Below, piece by piece: positions 28,553 through 38,304 of a stretch of 64,000 bases of DNA. The notes below the pieces were generated by a model, which worked only from the letters and a program-made list of their open reading frames with translations, had not been told where the DNA came from and did not search any database. The translations under genes and the position numbers were made by a program. Source of the DNA: an uncultured Desulfospira sp. (GTDB taxonomy: Bacteria > Desulfobacterota > Desulfobacteria > Desulfobacterales > Desulfobacteraceae). The stretch lies in NCBI GenBank assembly GCA_963663165.1, contig OY760175.1, forward strand, positions 6,048,001 to 6,112,000, given 5' to 3'. Positions within the stretch are counted from its first letter, which is position 1, and every line of letters starts with the position of its first letter.

Positions 28553-30985
28553 ATGATTAAGAGTGAATACATGGAAGTTGCCGTTACCCTTCCCCTGGAC
28601 CAGACCTTTACCTATAAGGTGCCCGAACACCTTACAGGGAAACAGCCCAAGCCCGGGATGCGGGTCCTGGCCCCTTTCGGGAAAAAACGGATCACCGGGT
28701 ATGTGGTTCGATGTCATCACCAAAAGCCCGAATTCAAGACCCGTGATGTCTTGGAGGTGCTGGATGATACCCCCATGTTTCCTGAAAATGAACTGCCTTT
28801 TTTTAAGTGGATTTCACAATATTATATTTACCCTTTGGGCGAAGTGATCAAGGCCGGGCTTCCCGGCGGCCTGGAACGAAAGGACGTATCCTGTGTGTTC
28901 CCGGCCGATCCCCAACCCGCCGGCCTTGGATCGTTAACGTCTCAGGAAACCCGGCTCATGGCTCTTTTGGATAAAAAACCAGGGGCAAGTATTAAATGGC
29001 TGGCCGGCCTGGCTGATTTTCCAAAAGCCGCTTCCCTGGTCCGGAAAATGGAAAAAAAAGGCCTGGTCAGAATTTCAGCCGTTTTAAAAGAAGAACAAAC
29101 CCGGGTAAAGCTTGAAAAATTTATTGCCTGCAAAGATGCCCCCCCGGATGATCAGGCCCGGCTGTCCAGAAAAAGAATTCAGATCCTGAACCTTGCCAGG
29201 CAAAAAGGGGAAATCTCCCTGACCGGCCTTAGGCAAGAAATTCCTACGGCCCCAAGACTGATCCGCCCCATGGAAGCGGCCGGCCTGATTAAGGTGACTC
29301 AAAAAAGGGTGTTCAGGGACCCGTTAGGGGACCCGGTTGAACCGGATACCCCGCCCAAGCTTACCCCGGAGCAGGCCCTTGTTCTGGAACAGGTTGAATT
29401 TGATAAGGGGTTTGTTCCCTATCTGCTGTCCGGGGTAACGGGCTCCGGGAAAACCGAAGTCTATATGCGGCTGACGGCCCGGGCCGCAGAACAGGGCAAA
29501 AACGCTGTGGTGCTGGTGCCTGAAATCGCCTTGATCAGCCAGACAGAGCGGCGGTTCCGGGCAAGGTTCGGTGAAAACATTGCCGTGATCCACTCCATGC
29601 TCACGCCGGGGGAAAAGCTGGACCAGTGGCGCCGGATTTTAACAGGCCGGGCAAGGATCGTCATTGGGGCAAGGTCTGCCGTCTTTGCCCCCTTTGAAAA
29701 CATCGGGGTGATCATTGTGGATGAGGAGCATGATTCATCCTACAAACAGGAAACAGGCCTTCGGTACAATGCCCGGGACCTTGCCCTGGTCCGGGGGAAA
29801 ATGCACAACTGTCCTGTGATACTGGGCTCGGCAACTCCGTCGGTTCATTCTTACCAAAATGTGGTGTCAGGCCGTTTTGCCCATCTTGAGCTGACCTGCC
29901 GGGTCAACAGCAACCCTTTGCCGGACATCAAACTGGTGGATTTAAAAAAATACAAAGATGGAAACCCGGCAGACCGGATTATTACCCCGGAACTTGCAAA
30001 GCAGATCCGCGCCTGCCTGGACAAGGGAAACCAGGCCCTGATTTTTTTGAACCGGCGCGGGTTTGCCACGTTTCCGGCCTGCCGGGATTGCGGGGCTTCT
30101 TTGTCCTGCCGGCACTGCGATGTCACCATGACCTTCCATAAAAGGGAACAGCAGTATAAATGCCATTTGTGCGGTTATGCCCTGAATGCGCCGGCAGCCT
30201 GCCCTAAATGCGGCAAGCAGGATATCCGGGATTTCGGCTTTGGGACCCAGAAAATAGAGGACATGCTGAAAACCATGTTCCCCGATGCCCGGTTGGCCCG
30301 GATGGACCAGGACTCGACCTCCCGAAAAGGCAGTGTCCTGACACTGCTCAAAAGCATCCGGAACCGGACCGTGGATATTATTGTGGGCACCCAGATGCTG
30401 GCCAAGGGGCATGATTTTCCGTCCATTACCCTGGTCGGGGTCATCTGTGCGGACCTGTCCTTGAACCTGCCGGATTTCAGGGCCGCCGAAAGGACCTTTC
30501 AGCTGCTGGCCCAGGTGGCCGGCCGGGCCGGCCGGGGCAGCGAACCCGGCAAAGTGGTCATGCAGACCTATGCGCCGGAGCATTTTACCATTGAAGCCGC
30601 CAGGCGCCAGGATTTTCAGGATTTTTTCAACAATGAAGTCCCCTTTAGAAAGGCCCTGGGCTATCCGCCATTTACCCGGATGATCCAGCTAAAATTTTCA
30701 GGAACAGACCCCAAAAAAGTAGCGGCTGCGGCCAGGACCGCTGCCGGGGTAATCACGGCCCTGCTGGGCAGCGGTGAAGCCCAGGGGCTTAACCGGCAGA
30801 TGATGGGCCCCATAGAGGCGGCCATCCCGAGAATCTCCGGCCGGTATCGATGGCAGCTGTTGTTAAAGGATCCATCGGCCGACCGGATCAACGGCCTGGT
30901 CCGGGCCATGATGGCCGATCCTAAAGTGGCGTCTCTTAAAGATGTCAGGATCAGTGTTGATGTGGATCCTTATTTTTTGATGTGA
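28553..30985 (+). CDS. priA: Primosomal protein N' (replication restart helicase)
   Basis: GVTGSGKTEVY, DEEHD, LGSATPS, LNRRGF, four CxxC pairs, GTQMLAKGHDFP, QVAGRAGR. Start uncertain (28535/28553/28571). Confidence 0.96.
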   Translation: MIKSEYMEVAVTLPLDQTFTYKVPEHLTGKQPKPGMRVLAPFGKKRITGYVVRCHHQKPEFKTRDVLEVLDDTPMFPENELPFFKWISQYYIYPLGEVIKAGLPGGLERKDVSCVFPADPQPAGLGSLTSQETRLMALLDKKPGASIKWLAGLADFPKAASLVRKMEKKGLVRISAVLKEEQTRVKLEKFIACKDAPPDDQARLSRKRIQILNLARQKGEISLTGLRQEIPTAPRLIRPMEAAGLIKVTQKRVFRDPLGDPVEPDTPPKLTPEQALVLEQVEFDKGFVPYLLSGVTGSGKTEVYMRLTARAAEQGKNAVVLVPEIALISQTERRFRARFGENIAVIHSMLTPGEKLDQWRRILTGRARIVIGARSAVFAPFENIGVIIVDEEHDSSYKQETGLRYNARDLALVRGKMHNCPVILGSATPSVHSYQNVVSGRFAHLELTCRVNSNPLPDIKLVDLKKYKDGNPADRIITPELAKQIRACLDKGNQALIFLNRRGFATFPACRDCGASLSCRHCDVTMTFHKREQQYKCHLCGYALNAPAACPKCGKQDIRDFGFGTQKIEDMLKTMFPDARLARMDQDSTSRKGSVLTLLKSIRNRTVDIIVGTQMLAKGHDFPSITLVGVICADLSLNLPDFRAAERTFQLLAQVAGRAGRGSEPGKVVMQTYAPEHFTIEAARRQDFQDFFNNEVPFRKALGYPPFTRMIQLKFSGTDPKKVAAAARTAAGVITALLGSGEAQGLNRQMMGPIEAAIPRISGRYRWQLLLKDPSADRINGLVRAMMADPKVASLKDVRISVDVDPYFLM

Positions 30986-31252
30986 GCCGGCCTGGGCGCG
31001 TGGGAAAGTGAGCCGGTGGGAAAGTGGGACTTTCTGCGGGCGGGAAGGGGGACTCGGTATGTTTTTTTTGTCGCGGTGGTTCATGAACAGTTACCAAATA
31101 ACCAACAGTTTCAACTATAAGCTTAAATTCAAAATTGTTATTTTGTGGGCTGGTATTTTAAAGGGCCGAAAAGATAAAAGTGGGGGCCATGATTTAAAAT
31201 CATTTTTAAATTAATGTGGTTACGATTCGTTAAGATCTGGTGTGGTTTGCTT

Positions 31253-31268
31253 TGGCACTGGTTTTGCT
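31253..31268 (+). promoter_or_regulatory. Sigma-54 promoter
   Basis: TGGCAC-TGGTT-TTGCT, consensus -24/-12, upstream of 31392. Confidence 0.75.
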
Positions 31269-31391
31269 TCACATTGAAGTGAAGGGATTTAAAGATCAGG
31301 GGCGATATAGCATAATTGCATGTGCGGCCCAAAAGATAACAACTAACCATGAAGGCTTGAAGGCTAACAGCTTTTTATAAACGAGGCCCCA

Positions 31392-31679
31392 ATGACCATA
31401 CAGCACGCCCTGGATTTTATTAACAGGGGACAACATGATGAACAGCTTCGATGCCGATTGGAACAGGCCTCCGGATACCCTGCCATTGAAGCCATACTCG
31501 GGGAAGAATGCATCCCTTTTTCGGAAGGTGAATTTGAAGAGGCCTATTCTTTGAGTCTTTTTAAATGCCAGGACCAGTCCCAAGCCCAGGCCCTGATGGC
31601 CTTTCGCATGTGGTGGCTCCTTTTAATCCGCAGTCCGGCCCAGCCTGTAAAACGACCGGCTGAAAAGGGGACAGGCTGA
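31392..31679 (+). CDS. Small Nif11-like protein
   Basis: MTIQHALDFI....DEQLR..L..A...........G.....FSE.EF resembles the Nif11 domain; GAGG RBS. Confidence 0.6.
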   Translation: MTIQHALDFINRGQHDEQLRCRLEQASGYPAIEAILGEECIPFSEGEFEEAYSLSLFKCQDQSQAQALMAFRMWWLLLIRSPAQPVKRPAEKGTG

Positions 31680-31756
31680 AGGCTGCCGGGATTGCATGCG
31701 CCGGGGCCTTTCGCCCGTCCACTTTCCCGCTTTCTCACTTTCCCACCTGCCCCGGT

Positions 31757-32251
31757 TTAAACGTAGAGCTTGTTAAAAAACAGGTAAGGTCCCAAATTGT
31801 CATAATGTTCCTGGGAGATAAACTCGGCGCTCAGGTAATGCCCGTTCCGGGCCAGGACCGTCACCTCTTTTTTGACGATGGACTGTTTGGGGTCATCTAA
31901 AACAAATTCCACAATCATGTCCACACCCGGGGAAATGTTCTGCTCCAGGTTGGTTTTAAGGGCAATTCCCTTTGAATTGAGCCGCTTGACGGTCATTTTT
32001 CCAGAGCATTTGGTGCTTCCCCTGGACAGAAAAGTCCCGGCCAGGTGGAAGTCTTTGGCCTGCCGGTTCCTTTTTTCGATAAAGGCCCGCTGAATGTGGC
32101 CGCAAGTACACTTGTATTTAAACCGGGTAATGGGATCGGCCAAAGGACGGTCGGACATCTGGAGGATTTTTTTGTTCCCGCATTCAGGGCATCTGATCAG
32201 GGCAGTATCAAGGTTGTCTATAAATATTTTCTGTTCCATGCCAAATTTCAT
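31757..32251 (-). CDS. Hypothetical protein with zinc ribbon and PilZ-like C-terminal region
   Basis: CPECG...KCTCGH then EKRNRQAK and a beta-rich tail (LNSKGIAL, VEFVLDD); canonical PilZ RxxxR and DxSxxG are degenerate. Confidence 0.6.
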   Translation of the reverse strand: MKFGMEQKIFIDNLDTALIRCPECGNKKILQMSDRPLADPITRFKYKCTCGHIQRAFIEKRNRQAKDFHLAGTFLSRGSTKCSGKMTVKRLNSKGIALKTNLEQNISPGVDMIVEFVLDDPKQSIVKKEVTVLARNGHYLSAEFISQEHYDNLGPYLFFNKLYV

Positions 32252-32526
32252 CCTCAAGGGTTAACCACCGGGCCCGGACAGGTTGCCCGGCATGTGATAT
32301 TTCCTATGAAGAATAGTTATCATTTTTTGTGCCAATGGTTGAAATTTGAGCTAACTGTTTAAAATTGTATGTAATATTATAAGGGGTGCCGTTTTTGGGA
32401 AAAAATTCATAAAGAATGAAATTGGTTTTATTTGGCACAGACTGTTTTTATATGATACAAATAGCTAAATATCATCAACCCACGGCTAAAAGCTAACAGC
32501 CAACAGCTTAAAAAAAGGACCTTGCC

Positions 32527-34050
32527 ATGGAAAATCTCGATCTTTTCAGGGAACTGGATCCGGTAAAGCTCAGGAAAAAATTCCTGGCGGCCCTGCTCAA
32601 TATCCAGAATGTGAGCCGGGGCTCGATCTGGCTTATAGAAAATGGCTCCTATGTCTGCGTGGAAGCGGCCGGGGATGAAAGTGACCGTGTCATCGGTGTC
32701 CGGTTAGAGCCTGACCAGAAGAGTATTGTGGGCTGGGTGATCCAGAATAAAAAAATGGCCATTGCCGAACCTGAAAGTGACCACCGGCATTATGGGCAGC
32801 TTGAAGACCGGTTTGCCGTCAAAAGCAGCATGATCCTGTGTTTTCCCTTGTACTCGGCAACGGATCAACCCTTTGGGGCGGTTCAGATCATTGACACTTC
32901 TGTGGCCAAAAGCCGCCTGAACCTGGACAAAGCATATCTTGCCACCTTGCAGAATCTGGTGGATGTCTGCTCCATCGCCCTTGGCAATGCCATCTTGTTT
33001 TCCAGGGAAAAGGAAAAAAACCGCCACCTTGAAAGGGCCCTTTCCCGGGCTGAAAAAAAAGAGGACATCGTGGGGATAAGTCCGAATTTCACCCAAAGCA
33101 TGGCCCTGGTTAAAAGTTATGCCGGCACAGATTTCCATGTGCTGATCACCGGTGAAAGCGGCACCGGAAAAGAGCTGGCCGCCCAGCAGATTCACCAGTT
33201 AAGCAGCCGGAAGGATAAACCCTTTCTGGCCCAGAATTGTTCGGCCATTCCGGAAACCCTTCTGGAAAGCGAGCTGTTTGGGTACAAAAAAGGGGCCTTT
33301 ACCGGCGCATTAAAAGATAAAACCGGGTTGTTTGAGGCGGCTGCCGGGGGAACGGTTTTCTTAGATGAAATCGGGGACATGCCCTTAGGGACCCAGGCCG
33401 GCCTGCTCAGGGTCCTTCAGAAAAACGAGATCAAGCCCCTTGGGGAAAACCGGGCACGGCATGTGGATATCCGAATTGTGGCGGCCACCAACAAGGATAT
33501 TAAACAGATGATCGCAGACAACACCTTTCGCCAGGACCTGTTCTACCGGCTGTCAGTGCTGCCGGTCCATCTGCCGCCGTTAAGGGAGAGAAGAGAGGAT
33601 ATCCCGCTGCTGGCCCGATTTTTTCTGGAAACAGAATCGGCCAGGGCCGGGATACCGGAAAAGAGCATTTCCCCGCTGGCCATGCGGCACCTCATGACCT
33701 ATGACTGGCCGGGCAATATCCGGGAGCTTGAAAATTTGATCCGGTATTTGATCGTGGTTACCCCCACACCGGTTATAGAGTCAGTTACACTTCCCGGCGG
33801 CAGCCCTGGTGCTGCGGCACACCCGGGAGAAACCGGCTGGGATGCGGCGGGGACGGACCCTTCCGGGGAAAGGCCTGTGGCGTTAACCGCCATGTCCTGG
33901 CTTGATCTTGAGAAAACATACGTGAAAGCCCTGCTCAAAAAGCACAACTGGAATGTGACCTGGGCCGCCCGGACATCGGGGATCAACCGGTCTACCTTTG
34001 CGTCGAGAATGCGAAAGCTGAACATCCGGCGGGACGATTTTTCGGAATGA
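32527..34050 (+). CDS. GAF-domain sigma-54-dependent transcriptional activator
   Basis: GESGTGKE, ESELFGYKKGAFTGA, FLDEIG, FRQDLFYRL, WPGNIREL, C-terminal Fis-type HTH. Confidence 0.95.
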   Translation: MENLDLFRELDPVKLRKKFLAALLNIQNVSRGSIWLIENGSYVCVEAAGDESDRVIGVRLEPDQKSIVGWVIQNKKMAIAEPESDHRHYGQLEDRFAVKSSMILCFPLYSATDQPFGAVQIIDTSVAKSRLNLDKAYLATLQNLVDVCSIALGNAILFSREKEKNRHLERALSRAEKKEDIVGISPNFTQSMALVKSYAGTDFHVLITGESGTGKELAAQQIHQLSSRKDKPFLAQNCSAIPETLLESELFGYKKGAFTGALKDKTGLFEAAAGGTVFLDEIGDMPLGTQAGLLRVLQKNEIKPLGENRARHVDIRIVAATNKDIKQMIADNTFRQDLFYRLSVLPVHLPPLRERREDIPLLARFFLETESARAGIPEKSISPLAMRHLMTYDWPGNIRELENLIRYLIVVTPTPVIESVTLPGGSPGAAAHPGETGWDAAGTDPSGERPVALTAMSWLDLEKTYVKALLKKHNWNVTWAARTSGINRSTFASRMRKLNIRRDDFSE

Positions 34051-34216
34051 GCCGAATGTCTTAAAAAGAGCGAATTAAGGTTGCGCATTTGCGACTTTAT
34101 GTCCGTTTGCAATCCGATGTATTGGGTTTTTCAAAAACAGATTAGACCCCAAGATAGGCACAACCTGCTGAATATATAAGCGCTGTCCAACAACAGCCGG
34201 TTCGATCCCCTGGTGT

Positions 34217-34232
34217 TGGCATGTCCATTGCA
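34217..34232 (+). promoter_or_regulatory. Sigma-54 promoter of the CGGC gene
   Basis: TGGCAT-GTCCA-TTGCA; imperfect palindrome GTTGC-N6-GCGAC near 34080-34095 as candidate enhancer. Confidence 0.75.
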
Positions 34233-34273
34233 GCACAAATTTCAGACAAAAAGTAACCCTAACAAAAGGTGGA

Positions 34274-34645
34274 ATGAAAATGGAAAACGTATTGATTGTC
34301 GGCTGTAAAAAAGCCATGGATGACGTGTGCATCGGATGCAGCAGGTGCCTGGTGGGATTCAACCGGAGAGAAGGTGAATTCGCGGTTTATAAAGACAAGG
34401 ATGCCCAGGTCATGGGTCTGCTCAACTGCGGCGACTGTCCCGGCGCCACCATTGTGACCCGGCTGGCCCAGGTCAGTCTCTGGAACAAGCCCATGGGCGA
34501 AAAAGTCACCAAGGTCCATGTGGCCCCCTGCATTACGGATCACTGCCCCCACAAAGAGGTGATCCTCAAGAAAATCAAAGCCAAAGCCGGGGTTGAGGTG
34601 ATTGAAGGAACCCATCCGTATAAACCGGAGAATATTTTTGCCTGA
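34274..34645 (+). CDS. CGGC-domain (Cys-rich metal-binding) protein
   Basis: IVGC......C.GC..C, CGDCPG, H..PC....CP, GTH pattern. Confidence 0.88.
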   Translation: MKMENVLIVGCKKAMDDVCIGCSRCLVGFNRREGEFAVYKDKDAQVMGLLNCGDCPGATIVTRLAQVSLWNKPMGEKVTKVHVAPCITDHCPHKEVILKKIKAKAGVEVIEGTHPYKPENIFA

Positions 34646-34680
34646 GCCATATTGACCGGAGGCCTTAAGAAGGCCGACTG

Positions 34681-34850
34681 GACACCGGATGCACCCCTCC
34701 AGGGGAACCCAACATCCGGCGTCTATGGTTACATTTTGAGTCAATTCAAGGTTGGAGCAGGCCATGCCCGCGATCCAATCGCGGGCATGGCCTGCTCCAA
34801 CCCGGAACTTGCCGTAATCGGTCTCCCGTCTTCATTCCTCCGGTATCCGT
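34681..34850 (+). repeat. Dispersed repeat family A, copy 2, containing a REP-like palindrome
   Basis: GGTTGGAGCAGGCCATGCCCGCGAT-CCA-ATCGCGGGCATGGCCTGCTCCAACC at 34750-34802 inside flanks matching 322-450. Confidence 0.85.
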
Positions 34851-35023
34851 TCTTTATTATCAGCGAAATCGACGTCACCAGTATGCCAGTTCCATGCGAT
34901 CACCCGGTCCTGTTTTCTTATTCGTCTTGACAGGATGTGCCGCTAAATTTAAGGTGGGGTTGCTTACAACCGTTTGATCCATTTGCATAATTTGTTCAAT
35001 TTTAACCCCAAAAGGAGAAAATT

Positions 35024-36457
35024 ATGCAAGAGTATCAGCAGTTTATCAATGGCGCACTGGTCAATTCCCACGCATCGGACATGATCCAGGTGGAAAACCC
35101 CTACACCAACGAAATCGTGGCAACAGCCCCCAAAGGCGATGCGGTTGATGCCCAGAATGCCCTGGAAGCGGCCAGGGCAGCCCAGGTCTCATGGGCCGCC
35201 ACCCCGGCGGTGGAGCGGGCCCAGGCCTTAAAGAAAATGGCTCAAGTCATCCGGGAGAACCGGATTGAACTTGCCAGAATTCTGGTTCAGGAACAGGCCA
35301 AAATCCTGCCCCTGGCCCAGGTGGAAATTGATTTCACGGCAGATTATTTTGATTATTATGCCGGTTGGGCCCGGATTTACGAAGGCGAAATTATTCAAAG
35401 CGACCGGGCCAATGAAAATATTCTCCTGTACCGGCAGCCCATTGGCGTGGTGGTGGGGATCTGCCCCTGGAATTTCCCGTTTTTTGTCATGGCCAGAAAG
35501 GTGGCCCCGGCCCTTTTGACCGGCAGTACCATTGTGGTCAAACCTTCCAGCGAAACCCCGGCCACCACCCTGGCCTTTGGGAAACTGGCCGCCGGGCTTG
35601 ACCTGCCGGCCGGCATTCGCAATATTGTTTCCGGTGCCGGTGCCACCCTGGGCGAAACCCTGGTTAAAAGCCCCATCACGGGCATGGTCACCTTAACGGG
35701 CAGCGTGGAGGCCGGCACCCGGATCATTGCCGCCAGCGCCGAAAATATCACCAAAACCTCCCTGGAACTGGGGGGAAAGGCCCCGGCCATTATCTGTGAA
35801 GACGCGGATATAGATCTGGCGGTCAAGGCCGTGAAGGATTCCAGGGTTATTTTCAGCGGGCAGGTCTGCAATTGTGCGGAACGGGCCTATGTTCATGAAA
35901 AGGTCCGGGACGAGTTTGTGGAAAAGCTGACCGCCGCCATGAAGGCCACGGTATTGGATGACCCCTTTGCCGATCCCGCACCGGAAATGAGCAGCCAGGT
36001 CAGCAAAGACCAGCTTGACAAAATATCGGCCATGGTGGACCGGGCCAGGGCTGACGGGGCCCAGGTCCTTTGCGGCGGCAAACAGGCCGATAAGGGCACG
36101 GGCTATTTTTATGAACCCACGGTACTGGCCAACTGCCGACAGGATATGGAAGTGGTTCAAAAAGAGGTGTTCGGGCCGGTGCTGCCGGTGCTGACCTTTT
36201 CGGACTTGGACGAAGCCATTGCCCTGGCCAATGACTGTGAATGCGGCCTGACCTCCTCCATCTACACCACCAATGTGAACACGGCGTTTAAGGCAGTCAA
36301 CCAGCTTAAGTTCGGCGAAACCTATGTGAACCGTGAAAACTTTGAGGCCATGCAGGGATTCCATGCCGGATGGCGCAAATCCGGCATTGGCGGGGCCGAC
36401 GGAAAGCATGGGTTGATGGAGTATCTCCAGACCCATGTGGCCTATATTCAATATTAG
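35024..36457 (+). CDS. aldA: Aldehyde dehydrogenase A (lactaldehyde/glycolaldehyde type)
   Basis: PWNFP, LELGGKAP, GQVCNCAER, EVFGPV, NRENFEAMQGFHAGWRKSGIGGADGKHG. Confidence 0.9.
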   Translation: MQEYQQFINGALVNSHASDMIQVENPYTNEIVATAPKGDAVDAQNALEAARAAQVSWAATPAVERAQALKKMAQVIRENRIELARILVQEQAKILPLAQVEIDFTADYFDYYAGWARIYEGEIIQSDRANENILLYRQPIGVVVGICPWNFPFFVMARKVAPALLTGSTIVVKPSSETPATTLAFGKLAAGLDLPAGIRNIVSGAGATLGETLVKSPITGMVTLTGSVEAGTRIIAASAENITKTSLELGGKAPAIICEDADIDLAVKAVKDSRVIFSGQVCNCAERAYVHEKVRDEFVEKLTAAMKATVLDDPFADPAPEMSSQVSKDQLDKISAMVDRARADGAQVLCGGKQADKGTGYFYEPTVLANCRQDMEVVQKEVFGPVLPVLTFSDLDEAIALANDCECGLTSSIYTTNVNTAFKAVNQLKFGETYVNRENFEAMQGFHAGWRKSGIGGADGKHGLMEYLQTHVAYIQY

Positions 36458-36566
36458 GAGACCGGGGGAAGGCAGACAGGAGACAGGAAGCCTGAGACCG
36501 GATGTGTAAACCGAAGGATTCGCGACATCCGGTCTCCCGTTTCCGGTTTCCTGTCTGCGGCCGGGA

Positions 36567-36863
36567 TCATTTTAGTTTCATGGGAAAGGTTTTGCCTTCC
36601 AGCGTAATGTCAACTTTGGGATGATCCTGAAAGACGGACAGCTTAACCCGGGCATGTCCGCAGGAAAGGGCAGGGAAAGCGCTTCGGGTGTGGGCAAAAT
36701 CCCCATGTTCCAGGAGCCAGGCCAGGGCATTCAGCCTGGCTTCAATGTCATCCAGGCTGGTTCTTTCTGAATGGGCCTTGAAACAGTCTTTGATCAGTTT
36801 TTCATGGCACCGTTTGGCCGCGGTTTGGATGCAGCACTCTTTGAGTTCCAGGTAAATGTCCAT
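36567..36863 (-). CDS. Hypothetical protein
   Basis: 98-aa ORF 6 bp downstream of the Mrp gene on the same strand; no recognised motif. Confidence 0.65.
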   Translation of the reverse strand: MDIYLELKECCIQTAAKRCHEKLIKDCFKAHSERTSLDDIEARLNALAWLLEHGDFAHTRSAFPALSCGHARVKLSVFQDHPKVDITLEGKTFPMKLK

Positions 36864-36869
36864 AAAGGG

Positions 36870-37718
36870 CTATGACTTGTTTTTTATCAGGGTCACCATC
36901 TTGTCTGCAATGGACTGCAATGCCCTGGCCGCAGCAGACTTTGGGTATTTTCCCTGGAAGGAAACCCCGTCATCGCCGCAAACCACCATCAACGGGTCCA
37001 TGGGAATTTTCCCAAGAAAGGGAATCCCGGTCTGTTCCGCTGTTTTTTCTCCGCCGCCGGAACTGAAAATATCCACCACCGTGCCGCATTCCGGGCAGGT
37101 ATAGCCGCTCATGTTTTCCACGAGCCCGAAAATTTCCATGTTGACCTGGCGGCAGAACCGGATGGATTTCCTTACGTCTGCCAGGGCCACCTGCTGAGGG
37201 GTGGTTACAATAATGGCTTTGGCATCCTTGATCAACTGGGCTACGGTCAGCGGCTCATCGCCGGTCCCCGGGGGGGAGTCAATGATGAGAAAGTCAAGAT
37301 CGCCCCAGGCCACATCACCGATAAACTGGCGGATGGCCGTGTGCTTCACCGGTCCCCGCCAGATGATGGCATCGTCTTTATCCGGCATCAGGGCTTCAAT
37401 GGACACCGCACTCAGGTTGTCGGAATAGGGCATGGGGGCCATTTTTTTGTCCGGGTTGACCTGAATCATTCCCTTGAGCCCCAGCATCCGGGGAATGTCC
37501 GGCCCGTGGATATCCGTATCCATGAGACCGACCTTATACCCTTTATCAGCCAGGGCCAGGGCCAGATTGGCAGACACGCTGCTTTTGCCGACCCCGCCTT
37601 TGCCGCTCATAATAATAAAACTGTTCTTGATATGTTTCAGAGCGTCGCGCGCCCTGTCATTGGGGCCTGGTTCAGGCGGCCGGTCCATGATGCCGACACC
37701 TTTTGTTTTTTTATTCAT
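36870..37718 (-). CDS. mrp: Mrp/NBP35 (ApbC) Fe-S cluster carrier ATPase
   Basis: SGKGGVGKSS, DIHGP, WRGP, DSPPGTGDE, VTTPQ, ENMS...CPEC; start moved to ATG 37718 behind GGAGG. Confidence 0.92.
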   Translation of the reverse strand: MNKKTKGVGIMDRPPEPGPNDRARDALKHIKNSFIIMSGKGGVGKSSVSANLALALADKGYKVGLMDTDIHGPDIPRMLGLKGMIQVNPDKKMAPMPYSDNLSAVSIEALMPDKDDAIIWRGPVKHTAIRQFIGDVAWGDLDFLIIDSPPGTGDEPLTVAQLIKDAKAIIVTTPQQVALADVRKSIRFCRQVNMEIFGLVENMSGYTCPECGTVVDIFSSGGGEKTAEQTGIPFLGKIPMDPLMVVCGDDGVSFQGKYPKSAAARALQSIADKMVTLIKNKS

Positions 37719-38304
37719 GTCATTCCTCCAATTGTAAAGGCCTGTTTCAAAAATATCGCCGGCCTGCGGTAAAAAGTCTATCAAGGATCATACCATTTGG
37801 CTATCTTTGAAGATAAAATATATTTGTGGTTGTCATTTCAATTGGTTGTAATGTATAATAGACAAAACTTACAGAGCGGCATGGTTAAGCCGATGCAAAA
37901 CAGCGACCCGATAGCTGCAAATCGCCGCCCTGTATCGTATGAAAAAAATACCGTAACATTTTTAAAAAAGGTGAACAAATTGGAGAATTTTTCACAGATC
38001 TCTTGACAAAAGGCCTCTTCCTGCCTAAACATTTTAATGGGTGGTGTTGAATTTTTCGCCCGGTTGGTTGAGATTAAATCTTTCGGCGACTATATCGCTT
38101 GCCTGGCTGAAAACGATTGATCATGGAATTTCAAAGAACATCAGAAAAACATCCCGAAAGACTGACTTTCGCCCGGGTTGTTGAGGGCTCGTTTGGTTGG
38201 GATATAAAACCGTTGATCTGCCAGGGGAATCTCCAAGCAGCTGTTTCGCCCTATGCGGTCCGGCTGTGCTTGACGATGGGATTATTTCAATTTAAGGATG
38301 CATA

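Noticed and set aside
31392..31679. RiPP biosynthetic cluster around the Nif11-like ORF
   Set aside because: No leader cleavage motif, modifiable core, modifying enzyme or peptidase-transporter nearby.
34187..34220. GGTTCGATCCCC resembling a tRNA T-loop
   Set aside because: No cloverleaf can be built around it, and it runs into the sigma-54 promoter.
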